64,000 bases of DNA from Cyanidioschyzon merolae (taxonomy: Eukaryota). Each line of letters opens with the position of its first letter. Position 1 is the first letter of the stretch. Location: assembly GCA_000091205.1 (NCBI GenBank), contig AP006494.2; one strand, 5' to 3'. The notes under the pieces are model-generated. The model did not search any database, was not told where the DNA came from, and saw only the letters and a program-made list of their open reading frames with translations. Positions 1 to 10,493 of this stretch are shown piece after piece. A program made the translations under genes and the position numbers.

Positions 1-541
1 CTGCAACCACGATACATGGTTTCGCACCGAAGCCGAAGCGCATACGCTCCGCCTCGCCACCGTACCTGCAATATTCTATCGCCCTACCATCGTGGCATTT
101 TGGCGCACCTTCCCGTACATTTGGGCACGCTCTAGTAAGTGCGACAGCGATGAACACCAACACATTAGCCGCATTGTCGCTCAAATCATGAGAAGGCTTC
201 CGTATGCATCATATAACGCATTTGCCCTGGGCGAAAGAACGTTACCCACATTATTTCTAGTCAGAGTGCAGAGCCGAACGAAATTTTCATGATCAGAGAT
301 GGAAAACTGGAGGACTCGATCCGAGCTTGCGACCTAGCCCACAACGCTTTATATGCCGCTGCAATGATCTTTGTATTTACAAAACATGGAAGAGCAGCGG
401 GTACAACTTCCCATGCACGATTGGTGAAGGAAAGGCCTCGAGCGATCGCGTAAATGTACTAATCCATGTAAGTGCAATGGCGTAAATACCCGTTTCCTTA
501 AAAATTACGCCGGAGACGAAACTCGCGAGTCAGCTATGTGC

Positions 542-1819
542 CTATCGCGCTGGTGCCGAGGCCAGATCTGGTGTCCATCGAGGAGATACTTGTTCTGCTC
601 GCTCAGCATCGCGAAAGACCTTCTCGCGCAACATATCCAGCAACAAGTTGGGTACATGGTCAGCCCCATCTCCAATGACTTGCTTCTGTTTGGCCAGGAG
701 CTGCTCTAACATGTGGCGCAGTGCAGTCTCCAGCTCCGCTGGTGCCTGTGGAGCCGACACGGCCGCTCCTTGTGACTCTCCATGCTCAGAGTCTGTATGA
801 CGTGTCGCTTCAGTGACTGCGGATGCTTGAACAGCTCGCCGTCGGCTACTCAGCGAGGTTGTTCCAGGTGCCGCAATACGCAGCGCACGTGCGGCTCGCG
901 AGCTCTGCTTCGCATGTTTCCGCGTGCCACTAGACGAAGACTGGGAAGCCGTGGGCTGCGTAACACAAGTTTCGACAGTACTCCCTCGATCGGTCCCCTC
1001 TAGGACGTAGCCTATCGTCTGTAGCTCCTCAGCGGTGAAAAGAGCACATAATCGCGTCGCTCTCAGTTTGCGAGGCATTCGAATCAACTGCGAGTGGAAG
1101 CTGTTCCTAACGAGTAGTACAGCATCTTCAACCGCTTTCTGAATCTCTGAACAACAAAGTTCGACTTCCCGTTCAATATTCTTGATTTCCAACGCTTTCT
1201 TCGAATAGTCCATGGCTTCGTTCACCGCGAAAGCACAGAGCGGACCAATACCTCGAGAGACGCAGAGCGCTGCGTTCGCAACGGTCGTTTCCAGCGCCGC
1301 GCGCCCCGCAGCCTGCCCGTACGGCTGCACGCACGATTCGCTGCGTGCGCGATCTGCGGGCTCTGCGCCGTACGCCACCGTGCACGCGCCGCCGGGCGCT
1401 GCACGCTGTGCACTGGACGCCTCCAGGTGCAGTTTCTCTTGGCCTGCGTGCGAAACTGTGCCTGGAACTGCCGTATCGGTAAGACTTAATGATTGAACTT
1501 GTCGTTCACTCGGATGGAGTGTCTTCACCGGACTGGAACGCTGGAGAGGTTCCGCTCCGCGTTGCATATCAGGGCGAGCCTGGGGCGTACTCGGAATCAG
1601 CTGCAATCGAGTACTTTGGGGAAAATCTCCAGCTGGTGCCCTGTGAGACGTTCGAAAAGGTTTTTGAGCTTGTTGAGAAAGACGGCGCTGATCGAGCTGT
1701 TCTTCCGATTGAGAACTCATTGGCCGGAACGATCCACCGCAACTATGACTTGTTGCTCCAGCATCAACTCCATATTGTCGGTGAGGTCGACTTTTGCGTG
1801 CGACACTACTTGCTGGCAC
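542..1819 (-). CDS. Hypothetical protein. The true CDS may be shorter, for example starting at Met ~1213 (MDYSKKALEIKNIEREVELC...). The N-terminal 200 aa are low-complexity and overlap the prephenate dehydratase start on the other strand.
   Basis: Long ORF in the six-frame track. The C-terminal half looks helical/coiled-coil. No family recognised. The 5' part overlaps a strong + strand gene (1489..2514) and a + strand GC-rich ORF. Confidence 0.3.
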   Translation of the reverse strand: MPASSVARKSRPHRQYGVDAGATSHSCGGSFRPMSSQSEEQLDQRRLSQQAQKPFRTSHRAPAGDFPQSTRLQLIPSTPQARPDMQRGAEPLQRSSPVKTLHPSERQVQSLSLTDTAVPGTVSHAGQEKLHLEASSAQRAAPGGACTVAYGAEPADRARSESCVQPYGQAAGRAALETTVANAALCVSRGIGPLCAFAVNEAMDYSKKALEIKNIEREVELCCSEIQKAVEDAVLLVRNSFHSQLIRMPRKLRATRLCALFTAEELQTIGYVLEGTDRGSTVETCVTQPTASQSSSSGTRKHAKQSSRAARALRIAAPGTTSLSSRRRAVQASAVTEATRHTDSEHGESQGAAVSAPQAPAELETALRHMLEQLLAKQKQVIGDGADHVPNLLLDMLREKVFRDAERAEQVSPRWTPDLASAPAR

Positions 1820-2514
1820 TTGAGGGCGTCGAGTTGAAAGATGTGCGCGTTGTCCAGAGTCATCCGATGGCGCTTGCGCAGTGTGAAAAGTTCCTGTCCG
1901 AAAACGGACTTACCCGCGAAGTAGCGCTGGATACTGCAGGCAGTGCACGTCTCCTGCGCGATAAGGGCTATCGGGATCGTGCGGCTATCGCAGGGGCTCG
2001 TGCCGCGCAAATCTACGCTCTGAATATCTTGCGTGAAGATATAGAGGATGAACCTGAGAACTTCACGCGTTTCCTGATTCTGGCGCGAACGCCTTGCGCA
2101 GCGCCACCGCTTGGGGTACCGGCCAAGACATCGATCGCCTTCTCGCTGATCAACACGCCGGGAGCCCTATTCAAGGCGCTCTCGGTCTTTGCTCTCCGAG
2201 ATATTGATCTTACCAAAATTGAGTCCCGCCATTTGAGGTCCCTTCGACATCTGCGTTCCCGGGAGAGCGCGCAGCTCCGTGCAAGTTCGACGAACGGTAG
2301 GTCGGATACGCTTGCGTCCATTGCCAGCAGGGGAGTATCGGACAACGCCGACGTGGAGAACGTTCCAGATCGGCGTCGATGGGAGTACCTTTTTTACCTG
2401 GACATATCTGCCAGCCTCGCGGATACCAAAACGAATAACGCGCTTAACCACCTCGCAGAGATTACGACTTTCATCAGGGTACTGGGGAGTTACCGGCGTC
2501 ATTTGGCCGAGTAA
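1489..2514 (+). CDS. Prephenate/arogenate dehydratase (PDT domain plus C-terminal ACT-like domain)
   Basis: VAYQGEPGAYSE...VLPIENSLAGTIHRNYDLL...VVQSHPMALAQC are classic PDT-domain signatures. The C-terminus (SIAFSLINTPGALFKALSVFALRDIDLTKIESR) is an ACT regulatory domain. Assignment rests on established motif knowledge. Confidence 0.8.
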   Translation: MIELVVHSDGVSSPDWNAGEVPLRVAYQGEPGAYSESAAIEYFGENLQLVPCETFEKVFELVEKDGADRAVLPIENSLAGTIHRNYDLLLQHQLHIVGEVDFCVRHYLLALEGVELKDVRVVQSHPMALAQCEKFLSENGLTREVALDTAGSARLLRDKGYRDRAAIAGARAAQIYALNILREDIEDEPENFTRFLILARTPCAAPPLGVPAKTSIAFSLINTPGALFKALSVFALRDIDLTKIESRHLRSLRHLRSRESAQLRASSTNGRSDTLASIASRGVSDNADVENVPDRRRWEYLFYLDISASLADTKTNNALNHLAEITTFIRVLGSYRRHLAE

Positions 2515-3629
2515 TGCATCGCCTAGTTCTCGGCGAAGGACTCGCATTGAACTTGTGGAACGCAGCGGATGCACGCAAAAGCCATGCGTCTTCTCCGCTA
2601 CAGCGTCCTGATCCGGTGCAGCGTTCGCGATATCGATTCTTGGCCGAAAACTTGCACAGCTTCAGACACGCTTCATCGCTCAAACGCGAATGAGCAAGAG
2701 CGGCCACGTCCGCTGCTCCTCGGTTTGATCGCTGGCCCCGATGACCAGGGGTTCCCTCCGCCCCAACCGCCCGTGTCCAGTTGCACTGCACGTAGGGACG
2801 TCCTTACGCTAATACGCGGGCCCTTGGCACAGAATCCATGGCGATTCTCAGCGTCCAGCGCGACCTCTTACGTTGTTGCCGACAGCGCGGCCGTATATAA
2901 GCACTGTGTCGCGCTCACAACAACAGCAACACCAACGCGTCCATGCTCATGTAGATGCCTTTTCGGCGGAGAAATTCGTCTACGGCCACCGATACATTTT
3001 GCGTAAAAGCATATCACAGAAAGCCCATCGCAAGTCTCGAACCTGAAAAGCCATCCAAGGTCCTCCATAGCCTCCGACGTAAAGCATGCCACAAGCACAT
3101 TGCGTGCTGTCGATTGGAGCACCTCGACAAGCAGCACGCATCCAGCTTTCGTGCGACCTCTAGGCGCCGCAAGCAAGGCCACGTTGCTGTGAAACTGCAC
3201 TGAATTCATGCAATGCCCGCGATAGACGCTGCACCTGTTGGGTTATCGGACAAAGGAAGCCTCAGCCTATCAAAAGGAGACTCATCTGGTGCTAGTTGAA
3301 CGTAGAACGCGCTGTGGAGAAACTGCAATACCTGTTGGGACGCCGTATTCGCGCCACCTCGGGTGCCGGGTTCAGTCGACGCACGACACGCACATTCGAC
3401 GCCTTCCGAGAATCGCGTACCGCTGCGCACCGCCGCGACGCTTCACGCCAGTCGCTGGACGCTGGGGCGGCGGCTTCCATGGACTCTCTGTCCGCTTTGC
3501 TGGGAAGCGGACACCGCGGCGGCGGCGGCGTCGATCAAAATCCTTGGGGTGGTACCCGGGTTTGTCGGCGGCGTCCGGAGCAGAAGCAAAGTCAATTCTG
3601 ACGTTGTGCTTTACGCGTGAACACTGCGT

Positions 3630-5705
3630 ATGTTGCGTTTCCTGCTACGTGCAGGCGCTCGTGCCCTGCACAGGGCGCCGGCGTTGGCTACGCTGAAGGT
3701 TCCCGAACCGGTGGTGGAACTCCGTCAGCCGTCGCTCCTTCCGCAGCGACGCCTTCGCTCAACAGGCGCTGTACAAGGCGATGTCGTTGGAATCGACCTC
3801 GGCACAACCAACTCGTGCGTTGCGATCATGGAGGGTAAGGCGCCACGAGTCATCGAGAATGCCGAAGGACAGCGCACGACACCATCGGTGGTGGCGTTCA
3901 CGTCCAGCGGTGAGAGGCTCGTAGGCATTGCAGCGAAACGCCAGGCAGTAACGAACCCAGAGAATACGATATTTGCCGCCAAGCGTTTGATCGGCCGGCG
4001 CTACGAAGACCCGGAGGTTCAACGCGATGTGAAAATCATGCCCTATAAAATCGTTCGTGCCGACAACGGGGACGCCTGGGTGGAGGCCCAAGGCAATCGG
4101 TATTCGCCAGCACAGATCGGTGCATTCGTACTGCAAAAAATGAAGGAAACAGCGGAGTCCTTCCTGGGCCGCACAGTGAATAATGCAGTGATCACTGTGC
4201 CAGCCTACTTCAATGACGCACAACGGCAAGCGACGAAGGATGCTGGTCGTATTGCAGGGCTCAATGTTTTGCGCATTATAAACGAACCAACAGCGGCGGC
4301 GTTGGCGTACGGTTTGGACAAAGCGGATGAAGGCAGAGTTGTAGCAGTGTACGACCTCGGTGGTGGCACATTTGATGTATCGATCCTAGAAATCTCGGGC
4401 GGTGTCTTTGAGGTGAAAGCGACGAACGGTGATACGCACCTCGGTGGCGAGGATTTTGATAACGTGCTGCTGAACCATCTGGTGAGCGAGTTCAAGAAGG
4501 ATCAGGGCATCGATTTGTCGCGAGACCGGCTGGCCCTGCAACGCTTGCGCGAAGCGGCGGAGAAGGCCAAGGTCGAGTTGAGCAGTACCATGCAGACTGA
4601 GATCAACTTGCCTTTCATAACAGCGGACGCCAGTGGACCGAAACATATGAACATGAAGCTCACCAGAGCGAAGTTTGAGTCTTTAGTGGACCATCTTGTG
4701 CAGCGCACACTGGAGCCCATGAAGCTCTGCCTGAAAGATGCGGGAATGTCTGCGAAAGATATTTCTGATGTGCTACTCGTTGGCGGTATGACTCGCGTGC
4801 CTGCTGTGCAACGGCTGGTTCAAGACTTTTTCGGTAGAGCTCCGAACAAGAGCGTCAATCCCGACGAGGTCGTGGCGATGGGTGCGGCAATCCAGGGAGG
4901 CGTTCTGCGCGGTGACGTCAAAGATATCTTGCTCTTGGATGTAACTCCACTCTCGCTGGGCATCGAGACTCTTGGTGGGGTTTTCACGAAGCTGATTCCG
5001 AGAAACTCGACGATTCCAACGAAGAAAAGTCAAGTGTTCAGCACCGCAGCTGATAACCAGACTCAGGTTGGTATCAAGGTTCTCCAGGGCGAGCGACCTA
5101 TGGCCGCCGAGAACAAACTCCTGGGACAGTTCGATTTGGTCGGCATTCCCCCGGCGCCGCGTGGTGTTCCCCAGATTGAAGTGATTTTCGATATCGATGC
5201 GAATGGTATCCTCCATGTCAGCGCTGTTGATAAGGGTACTGGAAAACGGAATGAGGTGGTAATCACGAGCTCCGGCGGCTTGTCGAATGAAGAGATTGAG
5301 AAGATGATTAAGGACGCTGAAATGCACGCTGAAGAGGATCGGCGGCGCCAAGCAGCTGTGGAGGCGAAGAACGAGGCAGATTCACTTTTGTACACTACAG
5401 AACGAACGCTGAGCGAGCACCGGGCCAAACTCAGTGCTACTGACGTGGAGACCGTCGAAAAGGCTGCACAAGACCTGCGTGCAGTCCTCGAGAAAGACGC
5501 TACCGCTGCAGATACGATACGCGAAAAGACGAAGGTATTGCAGCAAGCGGCCATGCGCATCGGCGAGGCAATCTACCGAGCCTCGCAGGCCTCGCAATCT
5601 ACTCAGCAGGCGCAACAGTCTCAAAGCGAGACCCCCGAGGCAGAATTCAAGGATGTGAACCAGGACAGTGACGAGAAGAAGCAGCAAGGCAAGGGAGGTT
5701 CGTAA
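3630..5705 (+). CDS. Mitochondrial Hsp70 (DnaK-type, mtHsp70/SSC1/HSPA9-like) with N-terminal presequence
   Basis: 691-aa uninterrupted [48 protein letters not shown] and a C-terminal EEVD-less tail identify a DnaK-type Hsp70. The Arg/Ala-rich N-terminus [22 protein letters not shown] is typical of a mitochondrial targeting peptide. Confidence 0.93.
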   Translation: MLRFLLRAGARALHRAPALATLKVPEPVVELRQPSLLPQRRLRSTGAVQGDVVGIDLGTTNSCVAIMEGKAPRVIENAEGQRTTPSVVAFTSSGERLVGIAAKRQAVTNPENTIFAAKRLIGRRYEDPEVQRDVKIMPYKIVRADNGDAWVEAQGNRYSPAQIGAFVLQKMKETAESFLGRTVNNAVITVPAYFNDAQRQATKDAGRIAGLNVLRIINEPTAAALAYGLDKADEGRVVAVYDLGGGTFDVSILEISGGVFEVKATNGDTHLGGEDFDNVLLNHLVSEFKKDQGIDLSRDRLALQRLREAAEKAKVELSSTMQTEINLPFITADASGPKHMNMKLTRAKFESLVDHLVQRTLEPMKLCLKDAGMSAKDISDVLLVGGMTRVPAVQRLVQDFFGRAPNKSVNPDEVVAMGAAIQGGVLRGDVKDILLLDVTPLSLGIETLGGVFTKLIPRNSTIPTKKSQVFSTAADNQTQVGIKVLQGERPMAAENKLLGQFDLVGIPPAPRGVPQIEVIFDIDANGILHVSAVDKGTGKRNEVVITSSGGLSNEEIEKMIKDAEMHAEEDRRRQAAVEAKNEADSLLYTTERTLSEHRAKLSATDVETVEKAAQDLRAVLEKDATAADTIREKTKVLQQAAMRIGEAIYRASQASQSTQQAQQSQSETPEAEFKDVNQDSDEKKQQGKGGS

Positions 5706-6378
5706 AACCGTGCGGCAAACGCGTGTACGTTCATTTTATCCCAGATCTCAGCACTGGGTACAGCGCTACTGTTCGGCATGCGGCGGCGTTCCTGGCCCAG
5801 AGCCTGGAGGCAGTCCATTTGCACGACGTTGCGGCGATACCGCAGTGCACGCTCGGTTCTTTTCGACTAGTTTCGAGCGTAAGCGGTCCTCAAGACTTGA
5901 AACATAAACAGGAGCGTTATTGAACTCGAGACACGACGCGCAGTGCCACTGCTGGCGAGCACAACGACGCTGTGCCAAGAGCACCGCCACGTCCCGCGGC
6001 GTGCGGTGCCATGCTAGGCAGCCGCCTCTGCGACCGCCCACTCTCCAGACAGTGCAGTGGCCACGCACAGCACTTGTTGCGATCGTCCTATGCTTTGTTC
6101 GTTCTCCTGTAGCGTATTGGCTCGATGATCCTAACCAGAGTGTCCAGATCTGCGAAAATCACTTGCTTCGGAGCTATAATAGCGCCGGCTCCCAAAATTT
6201 CGCCCGCGTTCCCGCTCCTGAACAGTGCCATACTTTTAGCGACTGCAACACACCGCCATGCACATCACAACGTCTCCGCAGACAGTAGTCGTCATCCGGA
6301 TCCCGTTGCACACGGATGCAGTGCAGAGGAACGATGCGCGCACCAGCAAACGCCTTTCAGAAAGCGAACGACGCCAGC

Positions 6379-6660
6379 GGTGTAGAGTAGTGGCGGCAAC
6401 CGCGCCCTGGACAATACGTCTCCAGCTTAGGTGCAGACGCCTCCTCGTCTTTCTCGACCGGCCACCTACTACTGCCTCCAACTTTTTCTCATATAGTTCC
6501 ACTTTGAGTGATTGTCCGACAAAATTCTCTCTGGTCAGCTCCGCAGGTCTTGTATCCATCATTGCACCAAGCCCGGAGACTAACCAACAAGTCACTTGCG
6601 GCCTTCCGAGAAAAGATAACGAATTAACGGTACATTAACGAAGAAGCAACACCAATAGAG
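6379..6660 (-). mobile_element. Solo 3'-tail fragment of the TnpB/Fanzor-like element family, truncated at the RuvC-III region where the LINE-like element begins
   Basis: Minus-strand translation ...PAELTRENFVGQSLKVELYEKKLEAVVGGRSRKTRRRLHLSWRRIVQGA matches the copy-1 tail ...PPEWTRENFIGQPLKVELYAKKFEEVVCGRSRKTRRRLHVSWRRFVYGA. Upstream, only FVN of the NRDFNAAINI motif remains. Confidence 0.55.
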
Positions 6661-9600
6661 GACTCTACAATAGGAAAAGAGACCCAACCAGATACGGAGA
6701 GGGAGGCACAAAGGCCTCATGATCCACCTAGATGCAAAATAACCAGAGAAAGCAGCTCAGGAAAGAGCCCGAAGAAGAAGAAGGCCAACGAGAAAAAATA
6801 GATGAATAGAAAAAAGAACTCCCGAACGAGCCCATCACAACTTGTTCCCCGAAAGAGCACCCCAGCAGGAACTCAAGAAAGCTGCCGCCAAACCAAGTCA
6901 CCTACTCACAGCGCTGAAGATGCGAAAAGCCGTGCATACAAATCTTTAGACCAATTGGCACGCGAGTATGTAGATGGGAATCAGAAGATTGCCAGAGAGC
7001 TGGGACTGCTTGCACCAGAACGTAACAGTTGCAAACCTCAGTACCTGAAACGACGTACCAAAACTCGGATTGATGAATGCCACCGACTCTATAAAATCGT
7101 CAACCGCACCGCCATACGCGCCAACGCCGGAGACAAGGAAGCGAAGGCAGCGCTACCGGTGCCACAGGCGCAACATGAAGAAGCTATCAAAAGAAAGAAG
7201 AAACTTTCCAGAGAAGACAAACGAGAGGATCGAAACCGCAGAATCGCCTCCCTGGCGAAATCTATGTTGGAGAGCACCAACGAAGATGAGACCTGGCGCT
7301 ACATTCGATCGAGACTGGACCCACCAAAAAGTGCTTGGGGCTCACACCAATCGTTTATAAGAAAGCGCTGAGGACGGAGAGTGCCTCAGTGAATGAGGCC
7401 TGGACGGACCACGGCACAGAATTACATGAAGACGCAACTGGGCACTGCCAAGACAGAATCTATTGGCACCAATGTGCTGCCAAACTACAGCGCCTCGAAC
7501 CGGTACCGGAATGGAACGACCCAATCTTCTGGCCTGAATCTGTTCGGACCCTGCTATGCTCAAGCAACCGCAAAACACCTGGCATCGACGGTATCTCTGC
7601 GGAGTGGATGATACTGGTGACCCCAGAAGACGGGACAACAGGGACACCATCGATACCAGATGAACTTGACACAAGCTTAGGCAAACGCCTTTTGGAGCTC
7701 ATTCAACGCATGTTTGAAGAGGCGTACATCCCGGATGTATGGAGGACTGCCGAGGTCGTACCGATCCTCAAAAAGGACTCCCACACATACACAGACATGA
7801 ACATCTACCGGACTATGCGCCTCATCCCGTCAATCATGAAGCTACTTTGCGCCATGCTCACGAACCGGATCCAGAGGCGCCTCGAGGAACGCAAGTTCTT
7901 CGCCCCAGAACAGGCTGGATTCCGGAGCCGCGAGGAGTGCATGAGCCATGCCCTGACCCTCATTGAAGTGGCGCAACGTCGCTTCATTAGCGACCAACAA
8001 CCAGCTTACGTATGCTTCATCGACTTCCAAAAGGCCTTGGACCCGGTCCCGCATGAGGCTCTATTTCTGAAGATGCAACGAGCCGGAGTCTCCGGAAAGT
8101 GCTTAGCGTTCTTCCGTGCGCTCTATGCAGACTCGTGGATGCGCATCCAACTGGGCGACTGCTCAAGAACCCCTTCCATAAGAATCCACCGTGGACTGCG
8201 ACGGGGCGACCCCACATCCCCGCTCCTTTTCAAAATCTTCATCAACGATCTGCTGAACATCTGCAGACAATACGGGCTTGAGGTGCCGTGGATAGACTGT
8301 GGAGATGCCCGATGAGGAGCCCTCACATAGGAACCGCCTCGCAGGCCGTCTATTTGCGGACGATGTCGTGCTGTTGGCACCCGCCCCGGGAACGCTTGCG
8401 GCTAGCATGGAACAAGTCAGCGCCTGGGCCGATCGCTGGGAGATGAGCATAGGAGCATCGAAGTGCGGCGTCATGGTCATCCATGGAGACTCGCAGAGCA
8501 TTCGCAATCGCTCGTGGCGGTTGCAGAATCAGGAAATTCCGATCGGGGAAAAATATCGCTACCTGGGGGTCTGTCTCACGCCGACGCTCGACGAAAAGGC
8601 ACACGTTGACGAGATGATCGCCAAGATGCATAGACGTACAGCGATCGCACGCCCAGTCCTATCCGACCTATCCCCTTAGCAATCCGTACCAGGGCACTAA
8701 GGATGTGTATCATCCAGCCTGCGACCTGGGGTGCTGAATGGTGCGGCATGAAGCACCCAAATGCCTCGCGTCTGCAGACAGCCGCCAACAGGGCAATGCG
8801 ACTCGTTGTAGTTGGATGCTCAATGCAGAGCAGAGCAACCAACCCGCTGGCACTCGGACTTGAACTCCAAATAGCCTCGATAGAAGCGATAGCGGCAGGC
8901 TGCCGGGCACGCATATGGGCCAAAAGGGCCCACCATGTACACCTGGTTCAGTCGGAGTTTCATGCAGACCCCAACGCACCGCAAAAACACTTGGATGAAA
9001 TCAACGCAGATTTGGCTGAAGCGCCTCTTAGGAGACAACACGCTCCAATCGTTCCCCAGAAATATAGAATTCTCCCGTCTCCTGAAGCGAACGGTCCAAA
9101 CAACAGTACGGGAATGTAGACATGCAGTCAGTCGCGCGAGTGACGCCGGCTTGACTCTATACTGGAACTACAACCTAGCATACACATGCAAGTACTGGTG
9201 GGAGGCGCTGGGGTTCCCGGGACTTGCTCGCGGCAGCCAGTGGCTCGCCAAAATCCGCGTTGGTGGCTTCTGGCTGGCACCGGCTCTAAGCCGTATAGGA
9301 ACACCGGAATCGCACTGGGAATCACACTGTCCCTGCTGTGGAGACGAGATCCCCGAGACGATGACATATTTAGGCTTACAGTGCCCGCGCTGGAAACAGG
9401 AGCTGGACGTCACCGTGATATTCAAAGGCCGGACACTCACTTTGAGTGTAGCACTGGCAACTGATGGTCTGTTAACGGAGCCTCAGCGCTCATTAGTTGC
9501 GAACAAACTCACACTCTACCTTCTAGGCGGAAGGTCCAGCGAATCGGATGCGCACACGGGCCCAGTGCTCTCTGCGCCTACCTACTGGTGGGTGTCAAGC

Positions 9601-10030
9601 AGAAACCCGCATTGCCAACCGACAACAACGCATTCCATGCATGATCACGAAGGAGAGAGGCGGCTCCCAGGATTCATTCTAACAGTCAAGTTTCTCCAGC
9701 GTGTCGTGCGGCGAAGACAAGCCTGCATCCGCAGACTATCCAAGCACAAACTGACGATGAGACCGGATTCTACGTCGGGTGAACCATGCCTCGAGCCGAC
9801 GCCCTCTGTGGTATGGAAAAGCCGTTCTGTCTCCGTGCAGCGACCGCACCGGCGCTTTAGGCGCCATTGCTGTCGCTTTCGGCAGGCTCGGCACACGATA
9901 GGACGTATGAAACGACCAGAATATCCAAAACGAAGTACAGGTAATGTAACTTGAGTGTAAGGGGTTGATGGATACCTCACCGCGCACTGAAAAAACACAA
10001 AAAGAGAGAAAGAAAAGAAAAATGCGCACA
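6660..10030 (+). mobile_element. Degenerate non-LTR (LINE-like) retrotransposon: basic N-terminal ORF, RT domain, CCHC-like knuckle, A-rich 3' tail
   Basis: ORFs 6802..7371, 7335..8315, 8299..8679 and 8935..9954 are collinear but in different frames. RT motifs FIDFQKALDPVPHEAL and FADDVVLLAP (FADD box). The downstream ORF has HCPCCGDEIPETMTYLGLQCPRW. The element ends in the A-rich stretch 9990..10030. Confidence 0.7.
7335..8679 (+). pseudogene. Reverse transcriptase gene of the LINE-like element, interrupted by a frameshift near 8300
   Basis: The RT fingers/palm motifs are split over two overlapping frames (7335..8315 and 8299..8679). Confidence 0.65.
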
Positions 10031-10493
10031 ATCGGAGAACGCTGGCACAAGGAAACGTTTTGTTCATTCTAAAAATCGCACTCGTTAAGCGCACCTGGGA
10101 GATCAGGCGGTCACCTGACACGACGTGCATGTCGCCATTGAAGGGAAACGCGATCCTGATCAGGAGCGTACTGCTCTACTGTACAAAATTTTATTTGCGT
10201 TAAAGTCGTAGCAAAATACAGTTTTTCAATTCATTTGTGTTTCAACCCTCAAACAAGTCTAGTCAAGTGTTTGTTCGCAGTATATTATATAAGGGTTCAA
10301 AGAGCGTTCTTTTTCAAAAAACTAAAAAAAAGGAAACCTATGAAAAAGCAAGTCGACGATCCTGGAGGTCCAGGGCCGCAGGCTGCTAGAAAAAAACAAA
10401 AACACTGCCGAGTCCAGAAGAAAATGAAGAGAAGGAGGACTGAAAGGGGAGGCTCTACGTCGAAGGCGGCAAGAAAGACAACTGTACGACGAG

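Noticed and set aside
3206-3838. Several 60-150-aa ORFs on both strands upstream of and overlapping the Hsp70 start
   Set aside because: They are GC-rich, Arg/Pro/Ala-biased and mutually overlapping, which is typical non-coding GC artefact. The Hsp70 ORF explains the region.
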